Shown here one piece after another: positions 11,519-24,300 of a stretch of DNA of 64,000 nucleotides. A program made the translations under genes and the position numbers. Where the stretch lies: contig CM119372.1 of assembly GCA_051294905.1 (NCBI GenBank), positions 30,630,001 through 30,694,000 of the forward strand. Direction: 5' to 3'. Source of the stretch: Botryllus schlosseri (Eukaryota). The notes under the pieces are model-generated. The model ran no database searches. It saw only the letters and a program-made list of their open reading frames with translations, and was not told the DNA's origin. Within the stretch, counting starts at the first letter, position 1. The number at the start of each line of letters is the position of its first letter.

Positions 11519-12115
11519 CATGTTCACAATAAGAGCAGTCTCATGTTCACAATAAGAGCAGTCATGTTCACAATAAGAACAGTCCTATGTTCACAATAAG
11601 AGCAGTCATGTTCACAATAAGAACAGTCTCATGTTCACAATAAGAACAGTCTCATGTTCACAATAAGAGCAGTCATGTTCACAATAAGAGCAGTCTCATG
11701 TTCACAATAAGAGCAGTCATGTTCACAATAAGAACAGTCTCATGTTCACAATAAGAGCAGTCATGTTCACAATAAGAACAGTCTCATGTTCACAATAAGA
11801 GCAGTCATGTTCACAATAAGAGCAGTCTCATGTTCACAATAAGAGCAGTCATGTTCACAATAAGAACAGTCTCATGTTCACAATAAGAGCAGTCATGTTC
11901 ACAATAAGAGCAGTCTCATGTTCACAATAAGAGCAGTCATGTTCACAATAAGAACAGTCTCATGTTCACAATAAGAGCAGTCATGTTCACAATAAGAACA
12001 GTCTCATGTTCACAATAAGAGCAGTTATGTTCACAATAAGAACAGTCTCATGTTCACAATAAGAGCAGTCATGTTCACAATAAGAACAGTCTCATGTTCA
12101 CAATAAGAGCAGTCG
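11519..12115 (+). repeat. Minisatellite of mostly alternating 23/21-bp units ATGTTCACAATAAGA(G/A)CAGTC(TC)
   Basis: More than 25 near-identical tandem units read directly; the same unit forms the element's outer arms at 10858-10970 and 13355-13463 (inverted). Confidence 0.95.
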
Positions 12116-12775
12116 TTGTATTCACAATAATATCAGTCGCAGCATCACCATATCCCCCGGACACGATGTCCGAGAGGCAACATAGTCCGAACACCACCCA
12201 GACATGATATCCGAACACCCCCAGACACGATGTCCGGGTGTCAACGCAGTCTGAACACACTCCTGACACGATGCCCGAACACCCCCAAACACGATGTACG
12301 TACGTAAAGTACGTGCGTACAGGTACAGCGACCCAGTCGAGACCGATAGATTGATGACTCGAAGTTGACTCAAAAAAATTAGCTTTGAGTCACGAGTCAA
12401 TTTACATTTTGATACACAGAGTCAAGTTAAGTCGTGTCTGCGGGGGGGGGGGGTCGGACATCGTGTCTGGGGTGTGATCGGACTGCGTTGACACTCGGAC
12501 ATCATGTCTAGGGCGTGGTGAGTTCGGACATCGTGTATGGATGAGGATGTCTGGGGGGTGTTCGGACATCATGTCTGGGGTGTGTCTGGGGGGGGGGCGT
12601 TCGGACATCGTGTCTGGGGTGTGTTCGGACGGCGTTGACACTCGGACATCGTGTCTGGGGGTGTTCGGGCATCATGTCAGGAGTGTGTTCGAACTGCGTT
12701 GAGACTCGGACATCGTGTCTGGGGGTGTTCGGACATCATGTCTGGGTTGTGTTCGGACTATGTTGCCACTCGGAC

Positions 12776-13290
12776 TAGGGCTGGGCAAAATCGAGTACCT
12801 GAGTGATTCGATTCTGAATAACGTAATAGGCTTCGAGTCGAGTCGATTATTCGAGTATCAGTCATTATGACGTCATAACAGAATGTCATATGTCAAAGAT
12901 CAACTGAGCACTTTATATGCTACCACAAATAATATGATGCCTGTATTCCGTCACATTACAGATACCCCGGTATTTTTCAACCATACGGATTTCTTTGCAC
13001 TTTGTATCAATGTTGCGGGATGATCATAATTTTGGAAATGTGTTATTTTCTGTAACTTTAGTAGCTTGCACTATCTGTTTCGTATGCTGCGATACGTCCA
13101 ATCAAGGTTTCAAGGCATCCACGGAGGAAATTAGTATCGGAATTATAATTCTCATTGACAAATTACCTTTCAGTGGCGAGGAACGTATAATTTCAGTACT
13201 CGAAAAAATCGACTTTTACTACTCGACTCGATTCATTAAAATTAATGCTCGATTCAGATTCGAGTACTCGAATCATTGTGCCCAGCCCTA
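12776..13290. mobile_element. hAT-type MITE nested in the Foldback right arm
   Basis: TIR TAGGGCTGGGCA / TGCCCAGCCCTA; perfect 8-bp TSD actcggac (12768-12775, 13291-13298). Confidence 0.9.
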
Positions 13291-13783
13291 ACTCGGACAT
13301 CGTGTCCGGGGGATATGGTGGTGCTGCGACTGATGTTATTGTGAATAATACAACGACTGCTCTTATTGTGAACATGAGACTGCTCTTATTGTGAACATGA
13401 CTGCTCTTATTGTGAACATGAGACTGCTCTTATTGTGAACAGAATTGCTCTTATTGTGAACATAATCGAACCAACCCTCCTCCATGAATTCGTTTTGCAA
13501 ATGACACTTTACTGCCTCCTAACGGCAATCTAAAGAATTTGTGTGGAGATCGATAGAGGTCCAGAAACAATAAACTTGAAAATACGAAGCCATTTATCAT
13601 GGAAAACTGCATTTATTCATTTTCTGATTGCAAATTATCACGAAATTTGTTATTATGAGAAGTTCAATTCGAGATCTGAACTTTGCATCATGGTCCAAAT
13701 AAATCTCGAATTCGAATATGTTATCCATGTCCGATGAAGACTCAGATTAATTCAAAGTCAGAGAAAGAGATGAAGTTATTAGA

Positions 13784-14044
13784 GAGAGAGATTGATAGAT
13801 ATGATATTCTTTTTCGCCTGCACCATCGAGATGCTTTGACGACGGAGTTGCGATACAGCCCCATGAGGTCATCTAGTCTGCGCCCCCGTTTTTTTCTCCT
13901 CCATGCTATCCGTAATTGCTGAGCGCCTAGCAGGATAGCTGCGGATGCCAATTTTCGAGTCTTTGGTATGACCCGGCCGGGGATCGAACCCACGACCTAC
14001 CGCTCGAGAAGCCGGACGCATAACCATTACACTATCTCGCTCGG
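13784..14044 (-). mobile_element. tRNA-derived SINE (copy A)
   Basis: A box TAGTGTAATGG, B box GGTTCGATCCC, central GTCATACCAAAGACTCGAAAATTGG..GGCGCTCAGCA, (CT)n tail; 7-bp direct repeat tattaga at 13777-13783 and 14045-14051; near-identical to 50153-50404. Confidence 0.88.
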
Positions 14045-15301
14045 TATTAGACATTTGATGCACCGATCCTAATTTGGAAAATTGATGAATCAAAATACGG
14101 GCCACCAAATCTTTAAAACTATTACCATAGCCTTTGGAACGGCTATGGTATTACGTCATATGGAAATCCATAATCCTCTTTGGTGACAAGTCCTGTTTTT
14201 ATACTCTCAATAAATCCATGTATGTATCATCTCTACACCCACACCAATTCCTTATCAGTGTTTTTTTTATTTTCATGCATTTGTCGTATCAGTATGAAAC
14301 CAGGCAAATTGACATCATAGCCTTTATCAAGGCTATGATTGATATATCACGATTCATGTCGTGAGCTCCCGATAAATTTAAAGGTGTTTCAGCGTCCCAT
14401 AACTATAGCTACGCCGTAGGCGAGAGGTGTTCTTCTGTACGGCAGGGTTCGACCTCCTTATACGCGCGTGTTTAGACGGAATAATTTTTAAGTGGGTGGA
14501 TAAATGATAAATTACGATCTATAAATCTAGCACCCACCTTCGCCTTCTGGTATTGCTAGTACTTATGCCCGATGTAACAGTGTTTGATCTTGATCATTCG
14601 GATGTTTTCTCAGACTATTTCTTGCTCTTTCAATTCTCTTGTATTTTCTGTCTTCATTGGGATATATACATTGGCGACGAGTCTAAAAAAATGAGCTAAA
14701 TCACTCAAAGTAATCTGATATTGATGTTTATGATCCCTGAAGTACTGACGTAAATCACATTATATTACATTCAATTCAAACATTTCTAGAATTTTTTAGA
14801 GCATTGTTTACGTATGTCCGGCGGCAATGGACATGTGGATAGGGTTGATGCTCTTACCTTGAAAATAAACAATAAATCTTGAAAATGAGAAATTCCAATG
14901 CAAATGCTACAGGTGCTCGCGGATCAGAGCTATGTAGCTGACAGTAGGTTGTTGCCGCTTGCCGCCCCCTGGTTTACAGTATGATGATATTACAATCGAC
15001 TGCACAGTAAACTGAACTGTGGTATATCTCAGCCTCAGCGTTGGCTGATAGGATGTGTTCTCGTGTGGCTCGCTGTAAATGGGCAACGACTGAACGAGGA
15101 TAGCTGAGAAATTCCCATGTGTTGTATACATCAATGTAGCGCCAAATAAGTTTGCTACCAAACCCATATTCTATTTTGCAGTAGGCCTACTGCAGCATAA
15201 CATGTTTTGACCTAGATTTCATGGAGTGTCCTAACTTCAGCGTTTACATAACGATCATCAACGAAATCTTTTGAGCTGTACGTGCGTACATTGCGGTGAA
15301 T

Positions 15302-18300
15302 ATGGGAAACATCGTTCGCAGACTGGCTCCGCACAATACAGAAGGCATCGACCCAGGAAAAAATGTAGATAAGCAAGCTCAAGCCATTGAGGAAATTTAT
15401 CAGGTTGGTTTTCTCGCGCCCGGCTATTATAGATAGGAGAGATAACGCAGTGGTGACGATAAGCGCCTACCGCCCGGGCGGCTCAGGTTCGATTCCGCCA
15501 TGGAGGTTAGCCGCGGAATATAGACACACATTGAAGAAAGAACTGCAGCATCGGGCACTATAGGCTGACGTAGATGCCTGTTTAAGAGACCGTAACTGCA
15601 ACAGTAATTGGCATCCTTCTATCTGTTGATTACATCGCATTGGACATTGTGTGTGTCATGTTCGGATAAAAATATAATCTGACGATTAGCATCTTGATGT
15701 CAAGCGAAATATCTTTCTTCCAGTTGGTGAAGCCTCCTAACGATGCTATTGGACAAGATCGAGGTATACTTGTCAAGGCAACGGCAGAAGCATTTAATGA
15801 AGGAAAATACGAAAAGCTGCACGATATTATACGGTAAATTGGAAATTTAAAATATATTGGTATTAACGTCATAGAGATTTGCATATTTCGTTCATTACTT
15901 CACTAAATTTCAATATTTTTAAATTAGCTAGCAGAAAAGGCTGAAATATTGTAAGTGAAGTCTAATAAGGTAACAATAAGGCACAGAAAACCGGACATTT
16001 GTGGTATTGTCAAAAGTTGATGGAAAGCACGTAAATCTGTTGATTAAACAAAGATCTAATAAGCCTGTACTATCTCTTTTAATAATAATCATTAAGTGCC
16101 ATTGTCTCGATTAAATTTTTGACATTTGATAGTGCGCATCTGGCTGTAGATAGGCCTATGCTATTGCACAGTGCAGGTATCCAGAGGTGGTCAAAGTAGT
16201 CGGAATTGGTACTCAACTGGAAGTACAATCAACACCATAAATTTAGCATCAGCATTCCTATACCACGATATGGTCAAAGTTGTTATCGTTGGTACTCAAG
16301 TAGAAGTAGAAGTAATGCTGTAATTTCTACAATTAGAAGTAGCATTTTCTATAAAATCTCGAACTACTTCCAATGGAAACAGTAAACTGAACTGAAAAGT
16401 ACTGAAATAAGTAGTTTCAAAAAGTAGAGTGGATTTGTTTGAGCAATCGAAGAACCTTTTTGCAAGATGCATATTCGCTGCCAATGGCACAGCAAATAGG
16501 GCCAATTTCCGAAAAGAAATACAGCAGCTATGGTGATACAGGGACGATGTCGCATGGTTTCATGACAATCTCAGTCACAAATGTGACAGAAACATACCGT
16601 AAATCGACTTTCTACTTCAGAAAATCCAGAAAATCCGAAGTAGTTTTGCCGAGTAGCGTAGTAGTGCGACTGGTCTTAAATCATAACCATCAGACCAGCT
16701 GTGCTGGTATAACACATTTGATAATGCTGTTTCTCCATAAAGAACATTGGATCACTATGAAGCACCTTAATTTTGTACAGTTGCGTTTTCACTATTTCGG
16801 ATATCACCAACTTGATCACTTGGCGGATCCGTTCCTGATGACCCCGAATCAGCATTGTCTTCTGATAATTCAAGGTTATTCAAAAAATCGTCTACCTTCT
16901 TTTTGTCCTCGACAACATAAAACGATGCCACGAAAAAGGCCACAGCTCCTATTACGCATGCAAATAACGTTACATACATCGACATTTTCATGGACGCATA
17001 CTTAGTAGTATAAGTATCGGGCATGTCAGCCGCAATGGCATCGGCCATTAATCCGAGTAGATACGGGCTTCCGGCATCGCCGAATAAGTGCCCAATTAGA
17101 AGTTGAACTGCGTTCGCGGTGGACCTTCTGTTAGGCTGTGTCACGTACAAAGTCATGTCACTTATGAGAGTCCAAGTCACACACAGTGAGAGATCAGCAA
17201 AAAATATTAAAATCCACGCCACTGTCAAGTGTGATTTTGCGTATTCCACACCAAAAAACAGTAACGGCGATCCCACAAGTAAACCATACGCGCACACGAG
17301 AGCGTCCGCATTAAGTTTCCCATGTATTTTCCAACGCCGCGCTGTTTCAGCACCGATTCCGACACCGGCAAATCCTGCGACGCAAGTAATAACTCCAAAG
17401 ATTAAACTGATGTTAGCGTTTTGGCAAGCGTTGCCTTGGCACGCAGGCAGAGCCCCGGTGGCGATTTGTGAATTCGCGATGTAAGTGGGACCCCAAAGAG
17501 TGAGAGATCCGATCACAAACGACGAGAAGGTAAACCCAAGAGTGACCCAAATGAATGACATATTTCCGGTAAGGTAACGAAGGTCTTCAAGGTAAGAGTG
17601 TCGAACTCCCACATTCGCACCACGACTTGAAGTTTCACTCGCGCCACGCACTGGATTTGGGCACACAAATAATAACAGGAAAACACCGATCACTCCAAAC
17701 ACTGGAGTCACACGTAACGCCCATTGCCATCCTCCTAGCGCTTCTGCTACTGCGGCGCCTATGATGTACCCCAAACCACCTCCGATCGGGATAGCAAAGT
17801 AAAACACGGATAACATCTGTGTTCTTTTCGGCCCGACGAACATATCTCCAATTAGAGTCGGTGCGATTGTAGCGTATGATGCTTCTCCAATACCAACAAG
17901 AGCTCGGGTTAACAGAAATAGCAGAAAACGATCAGGACTTTGAATAAATGACGAGAGTAGGGTAAACCCTGACCACACCAGCATGCCTCCGGCCATAATC
18001 CAGATACGGTTAAACCTATCGCCCAGGTAACCGAATATTGGGGCTACCAGCATGTAGCTGATGATGAACACGGTTTGTAGTAGCCCTGCTTGAGCGTTGT
18101 CGATGTGAAAGTTCTGTGTGATGTCCATTAACACTCCAGCGATTGTGTATCTGTCGATGTAGTTGAGTAGGTTGATGTACGTGAGAATCGCAACTCCAGC
18201 GTACCGTTTCCACTTTGGCAAGTCGTGTATTGTGTCGGGATCTTGGGGTTCAGTGTGAGTGGGTTGCTTTTCGACTGGGAGGAGACTAGACTGACTGTCT

Positions 18301-21300
18301 GTTACGTTGTAAGATGAACCCACGATGGAATCATCTCGCTTCACCCACGTGTCTCTGTTTGGTTGAGTTGTTGAATCTGTCATTTTTTATAGCTTCCACT
18401 GCAAAATAATGGAGGTTTTTCTATTGAGATACGTTGGATTCACTGAATTTCATGCGGAATCATTACACCTGTCGTGTGACATGTACGCTTATGGCACCTC
18501 CAGCTACTAAGTTGTCTCGAAGTGCTCTCTTGAAACCACATGCTGTACGGTCAATTACATTTCAAGTGAACAAACAAAAAACAGAGTTGGTTACAGAACA
18601 GTAGTCAGTTTTACTTGCTACTTGAGTGGAGGTAGAAGTAACGCTGTAGTAATTATCAAGGGATATCAAAACTACTTCAAATGAAGTAAAAAGTGAAGGG
18701 TCTGAACACTAATCAAGTAACTAGTTTCAATAAGTAGATTTGGTCGCGTAGTATCATACTTACAACAGTTAACAGGGGTTGGCTGCTTTAAAATTAACGG
18801 GGTGCGTCTTCACAAAATGGCTGATGACACTTCAAATAGGTAGAATCTTCGAAAAGATGTGTGTTAACTAGGATACAGGGGCATTTCACGCGGTACTTAT
18901 GGCAATTCCAATCGTAAAAGTAATGCATTGTATTGATCGCTCAGCTGGTTAATTAGTAGTCTAAAAGCATTACCATTTGAGTTAGTTGTGTAATGTGAAT
19001 GTCGGCAAAACCTACTTGAGTACTCCAAGAAAGTGGAAATACTTCCTTTCTGATCACCTCTGATAGGAACACAATAAAATCTACAATTACTCATGCTCTC
19101 GAGCTACGAGTGTTATTGAGCTAATGCAAATAAAAACGTTGACTCGTCTAGCCATGATCACGCGACTGCAAATATATACAATTGAGTGACATTGAACAAT
19201 ATGTAATCGAACGTACAACCTTCAGTTATGGAATTTGTCCTTGGCGTATTTGTGTGACCAAAGTGTGATCCATTGATGTCATTTCTTTTCAGGACATATC
19301 CTGTCATGGCATTATAGGCCTACCCTATTATGTCATACAATAGATACATTAATATCCTGAGCTGTTTACTAACGAATTTTTTTTTTGAGGTATTCAAATG
19401 GTTTAGTCTATTAGTACTGCTTACTCAAGGGCCAACTCCACATCATATCTTCAAAAATGGAACCTAATTCCATCGCCATTTGTCATTCTGCGTTAGCCTT
19501 GAAGATTTTTCCGGCGATTTCCAATGCCTCGTCCCGATCTACTTCTTCAAACTGCTAACTTCTCATAAAATCCAGTTTCGACTCCTACTTGAAGTAACTT
19601 TGACATGCCACCGTTAGTTGTAATTGCAACATAGCAGACATTTACGGCATTACGACTACTCGCAATTAAAATTCACATAGGCAAGAAGTCCCGATGTTGC
19701 TGACGACGTAACGTAGCGTGTCGACAAGCGGAAATCATCGATGATATTACCAACAATCAAAGCACTTTGTAAACTCATGTATTTGGTCCGCGACCCTATC
19801 GCTATCTACACTATATACTATTCATATATATACTCGAATTCATCATATTTTCGCAGCTGTTGCGAAGTCCGACTGTTACACCAATTCTGGATGCCCGACC
19901 AAGTTTAACATGTCAATTTCAAACCTAGTTCCGGATTTTACTGTAAATTCTCGTACATGCCAGGTGATAACTAAACTTCATTGAAAGGCTACATGAAAAC
20001 GTATTCTTGTGGAAATCCGCAATAGCGTCGACTTCTACAAGGCCGACGAAATTACGAGAGCCTATATACTTTTATCTTGGAAGATCTGCCATCGGCTAGC
20101 TGCTCCTGCTACAGGAAAACACTTTCAGAGCAGCGTGCACCGTACATTCATTTCCCGTTATAGTTATGAACTGTCACGAGACGCAGAGCGCACGCATCGC
20201 GTTACAATCCAGTCAATCGTGTCTGCAAGAAATAACTATCTAAATATCGCGTGATCACCAACTTACTAGTCACGACGTTGCCGTTGTCTGCGGCAATCCT
20301 ATGCTCAGTTCCTCATAAACTTGACGAACCTATTTGACGATAGTAATTGAAAACGAAAGCGGCTATGCATACTGTTCCCTATCGCTAAAAAAGTACTCAC
20401 TAGGTACCGGACTGTGCGCTATTCAGGGTTTTGAATTCTTACACAATTTTTGGTTTTCTAGTTTTGCTCGCGACATTACTACGACAATTGCGCAGATAGT
20501 CAGGCAATGGCGAATTGCGTTTTTGCCGGTTGCGCAAACCGAGATTCCAACGCTTGCCATAGTGATCTCGCGAATAAGCATTTAACTATTCCACCAAGTA
20601 TACTACTTCACTAATTGTGCAGGCGTGAGCAAAGCACTCAAACTCGTCCGGAAACCGATGTCACGATCTGATCTCGTTGTGTTTGTTACAAATTGCTGGC
20701 GCAAACTTGGCGCGGTAATATTTCGTACAGCCACCGGGGCCTACGATAAGTTATCGTACGCCCTGCAGCCACTCATCTCAGGCTGTAATCTGCGATTCCA
20801 GAAAATATTCGGTTTGGGCAAATAATTTTCATATATTGAATGACATCGCCAGCACACCGACGTAGTGAAGGAATGTGGCGTCAAATTCACATAACGTTTG
20901 CGCTGCTCATGTCAAAATAAGTCCATTTTATCGTTCCTCATTAATATTGTAACTCTCAGGCTGGGAGTACTTGCCTCAACTTTCTGTTAAATACATCTGC
21001 ACACCAGGGTTCTTTCTCGGCTTCAATTACGTCTTGGAACATTATCAATTGGGTAGGTAGCGTACGCCGCTGTGTAAATTTCTAAGCCGACTCAATATTA
21101 GCACCCCGGGCACGCATACGCTCCTATATTGAAGTTCCAACGAATATGGACCTATATTTGCAAATCAATAATATCTGAACCAGCGAAAGATGTTTGCAGT
21201 CTACTCGCTATGCGAACGCTGAACTCCGATATAGGTCGCGTGGAACGTACAATAATAACATTCGTACAGTACAACGTAGAGGTACAAAGTTCATAACGTA

Positions 21301-24300
21301 CTTGGCGGAAATCGGTAATTTTTCCCGTCGATTGGAAGGACATTCATTATCGAGGTATTCTAAATTACCACCGGAATCCTGTTACACCGATTACGAAGCA
21401 ATAGCCTAATGGTCGCAGTTTTGTGGTGTTATGAAATGATGAAAATATTTGTAAACTGATACTGACACTGGCCCAACCGACAGTCTTTCTATCCAAATAA
21501 AGGTTGTGTAGTAGCTGGAAAAGTGTAATTATGCGTGAATTTGTATTTGTTTTTGGAATATTCCTCGATCTATCTTGAGGTATGGTCTCCTGAGAGTCTT
21601 AGAGGATTTGTATTTGAAGTGAATTTTCATTCCACTAGTCACTGGATTTGAGTAACTGCGCTCCTGTTCGCAAGTATAATTTGTATCAAAATGTTGTACT
21701 CGATTTATACCGCGGTGTATAAGTTCTGAGGTAGGATCTGGTTTCCTATGCCATGGGTGTATATTCACACCATATAATCAGGGGTGGTCCCTGGGTGCTA
21801 AGAATGTAGACAATGTTGCCCCGACGATTGACAGACATAAGTCTGTAGCTCCTCGTCACAATCTACTTATTCAATCGCGTGCTTGAGTACTATTGCGACT
21901 TATCTTTTCCATTTCCACTCCAATTAGGTATGGGTCGGATAATAAATTAGGATATAGATTAGAAAACTGCGATGGGTATAGCTGGCAGAAGTGACCTGCG
22001 TATTACCACAAATTATATCTAGCTAACTGTATTTACGCACAGCACAGATAAATTTGTCACAAAGTTATCGAAAGCAGTCCACAATCATTAACCAGAGGCG
22101 GTCAAAGTAGGCTACCCATCGTTTCCTGTTCCCTTGGTGCTCAAGCTGAATGGTGGCAATGTCGTGATTTTATACTCAAGTACAAATTGCTTTTCCCAAG
22201 ACACGTCAAAATTACTGCAGCTGGTAGTAGAACATGCAGATTTGAAAAGTTCTCACGTAAGTAGTTTCAAAACGTAGGTTTGGTCATGCGTTACAAACTA
22301 TATTAGTATCTACTTTTGAAATTACAAGATGTTTCTATCACGACCTATGCGTGGTGCGTTCAACTTCTCCAGTCGGCGGGCCGGATATGAGAAAATGAAG
22401 TACTTGGCCGGCCAGATTCCTGAATCGATACATTAAACGCGTATTTATCCATCCGTACAAGGATTAACCGTATTTAATGTAAACTTCAAGTTTGAAGCGT
22501 AGGCACCAATACAGTATTAAATGAATTTAATCACGTAATGTACTTCAATAGCTGTTGAAGTCAATCAGACGTCTGTGGTCGATCAGATTTGTGAACAGGT
22601 TCTTTGAACTCTGGCTGCATGTAGGACACAAGGAAAAGAAGTAGCTAAAGAGGATCTAACAATCAATATTTATTTGTGTCCAGAAAAACCAAGAATAATC
22701 TACAGTCACAATAATTTGACGTATAGTAAGTAAGTAGTGGAGAATTGGCGCAGATTGTGACCTCGGGCCATATTATCACGTAAGACTGAAAACTGTCTGC
22801 GGTCCGCTCAAAATCACGTCGCGGGCCGTATGTTGCCCGTCCCTGACCTACACAATAGAAATATTGCCACTGGAAATGGGTGCGATTTTCGGAAATATAT
22901 TCAGTATACGTGGTACCCGAATATTTCGTTATGGCAATTTCACTTGTATACGTAACGGAAACATAACATATCCCAGAATTGCTTTCTAATTTACAAAATC
23001 CAAGACTAAAGAGTAAGTAGATTTTTTTTCAAAAATAGTGGAACTAGCTAAAACATAATTGAGTAAGTAGTGCCAGTAGGTGATACGTGCTTTAATATCC
23101 CATAAAATAAAACGACTAAACTACTGGTAACCTCTGCAAATCACTTCATACTTTTCAGATTGCTCACAACCTGATTTCCTCACTACTCTCTACCTGTGTG
23201 CCTTACTCGCATAGTTTCGACTGCTTTTATTTGAACGGTGTTTGACGTATCCTTCATGAAGTTTACAGCTCGTCGGAAATGATTGACGCTATTATTTTGT
23301 ATTGCTCGCATGTGGTATTGTAATGAGAAATCGGAACAGGGATGTCATTTCCTGTTGGTTAAGCGGTTTGTGGATGCATGTCGGATGATATACTTAGCAT
23401 CTTAATCATTCGGAGGATTACGGCGTTCGACGCATTCTACCAGCCTCTGAAAATCTGTGATTGTTCAGTTTTGGGCTCATTGCGGTTCATTGCCAGACAA
23501 CGCGTAAACAAACATTGTAATGTAGCGGATCCATCGTTATCGCAAAACGTTTGTAGCAAAGTAGAATGAAGGCAGTTCTGTAACGCTCAATTAACATCAG
23601 TGTCCACTGTCCATAGGCGTACCCTGGAGGAAGAATTGATAGGGACAGGTTGAAATGGGGGGGGGGGGGAGGGGGTTGTACGATGGTATTTGACACATTA
23701 GCGCCGAACCAGAGGACACTAGATATGCTTGTAATTATTGTGGATATGCGGCGTACCCACGATTTCGTCATCCTCACAACCTTCATGACCATACGGTTCA
23801 AAAGCATAATTATCAATTAATAACTTATTTACTTTGCAAAATGTACTGATGCTTATCAGAGCAAACCAACAACCCTTTAGGTGAACCCGTAATTTTCCAA
23901 GTATAGTACGCCCCCATGTATAATACGCACCCCTAAAATAGCATGCAAATTCTGGGAAAAACCCTGTACCCATGTATAGTACACACCCTGCATTTCAGTA
24001 CATGAATAGTTCCGATTTAGTACACGATGTCATTCTGCTTTGCGATGTCACTGTTGAACAATCATGAAATAACGATCGCAAATCATTATACAATTAACAC
24101 TTTGACTGCCAACGATCCTAAATTTAGGATTTTACTCAATCCCAGAAAGTGCCAGCTATCCTATATTTAGGATATTTTTCAAATGCGTACAGCAAAGTCT
24201 GGAATTGGTTCTATCCCCGGATTTCGGGCGTATTCGACGATACTCAATAGGCTTGTTTTCAGAAACAACCATTTTCGTTACCGGAAGTATTTTTAAAAAA

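Larger units (their letters stand above)
10840..13482. mobile_element. Foldback/Mutator-like element with long modular inverted repeats
   Basis: Ends AGGGTTGGTTCGATTATGTTCACAATAAG (10843) and its reverse complement (ending 13478); 9-bp TSD catgaattc at 10831-10839 and 13483-13491; arms built from tandem 21/23-bp units and GACACGATGTCCGAAC-type units. Confidence 0.85.

Noticed and set aside
10858..12115. CRISPR-like array of short repeats
   Set aside because: Units are contiguous with no unique spacers, there are no cas genes and the context is eukaryotic; it is a Foldback-internal minisatellite.
10927..12641. ORFs across the Foldback arms (MSGVCSDCVDTRTSC..., MSTQSEH...)
   Set aside because: Translations of tandem repeats, not supported as proteins.
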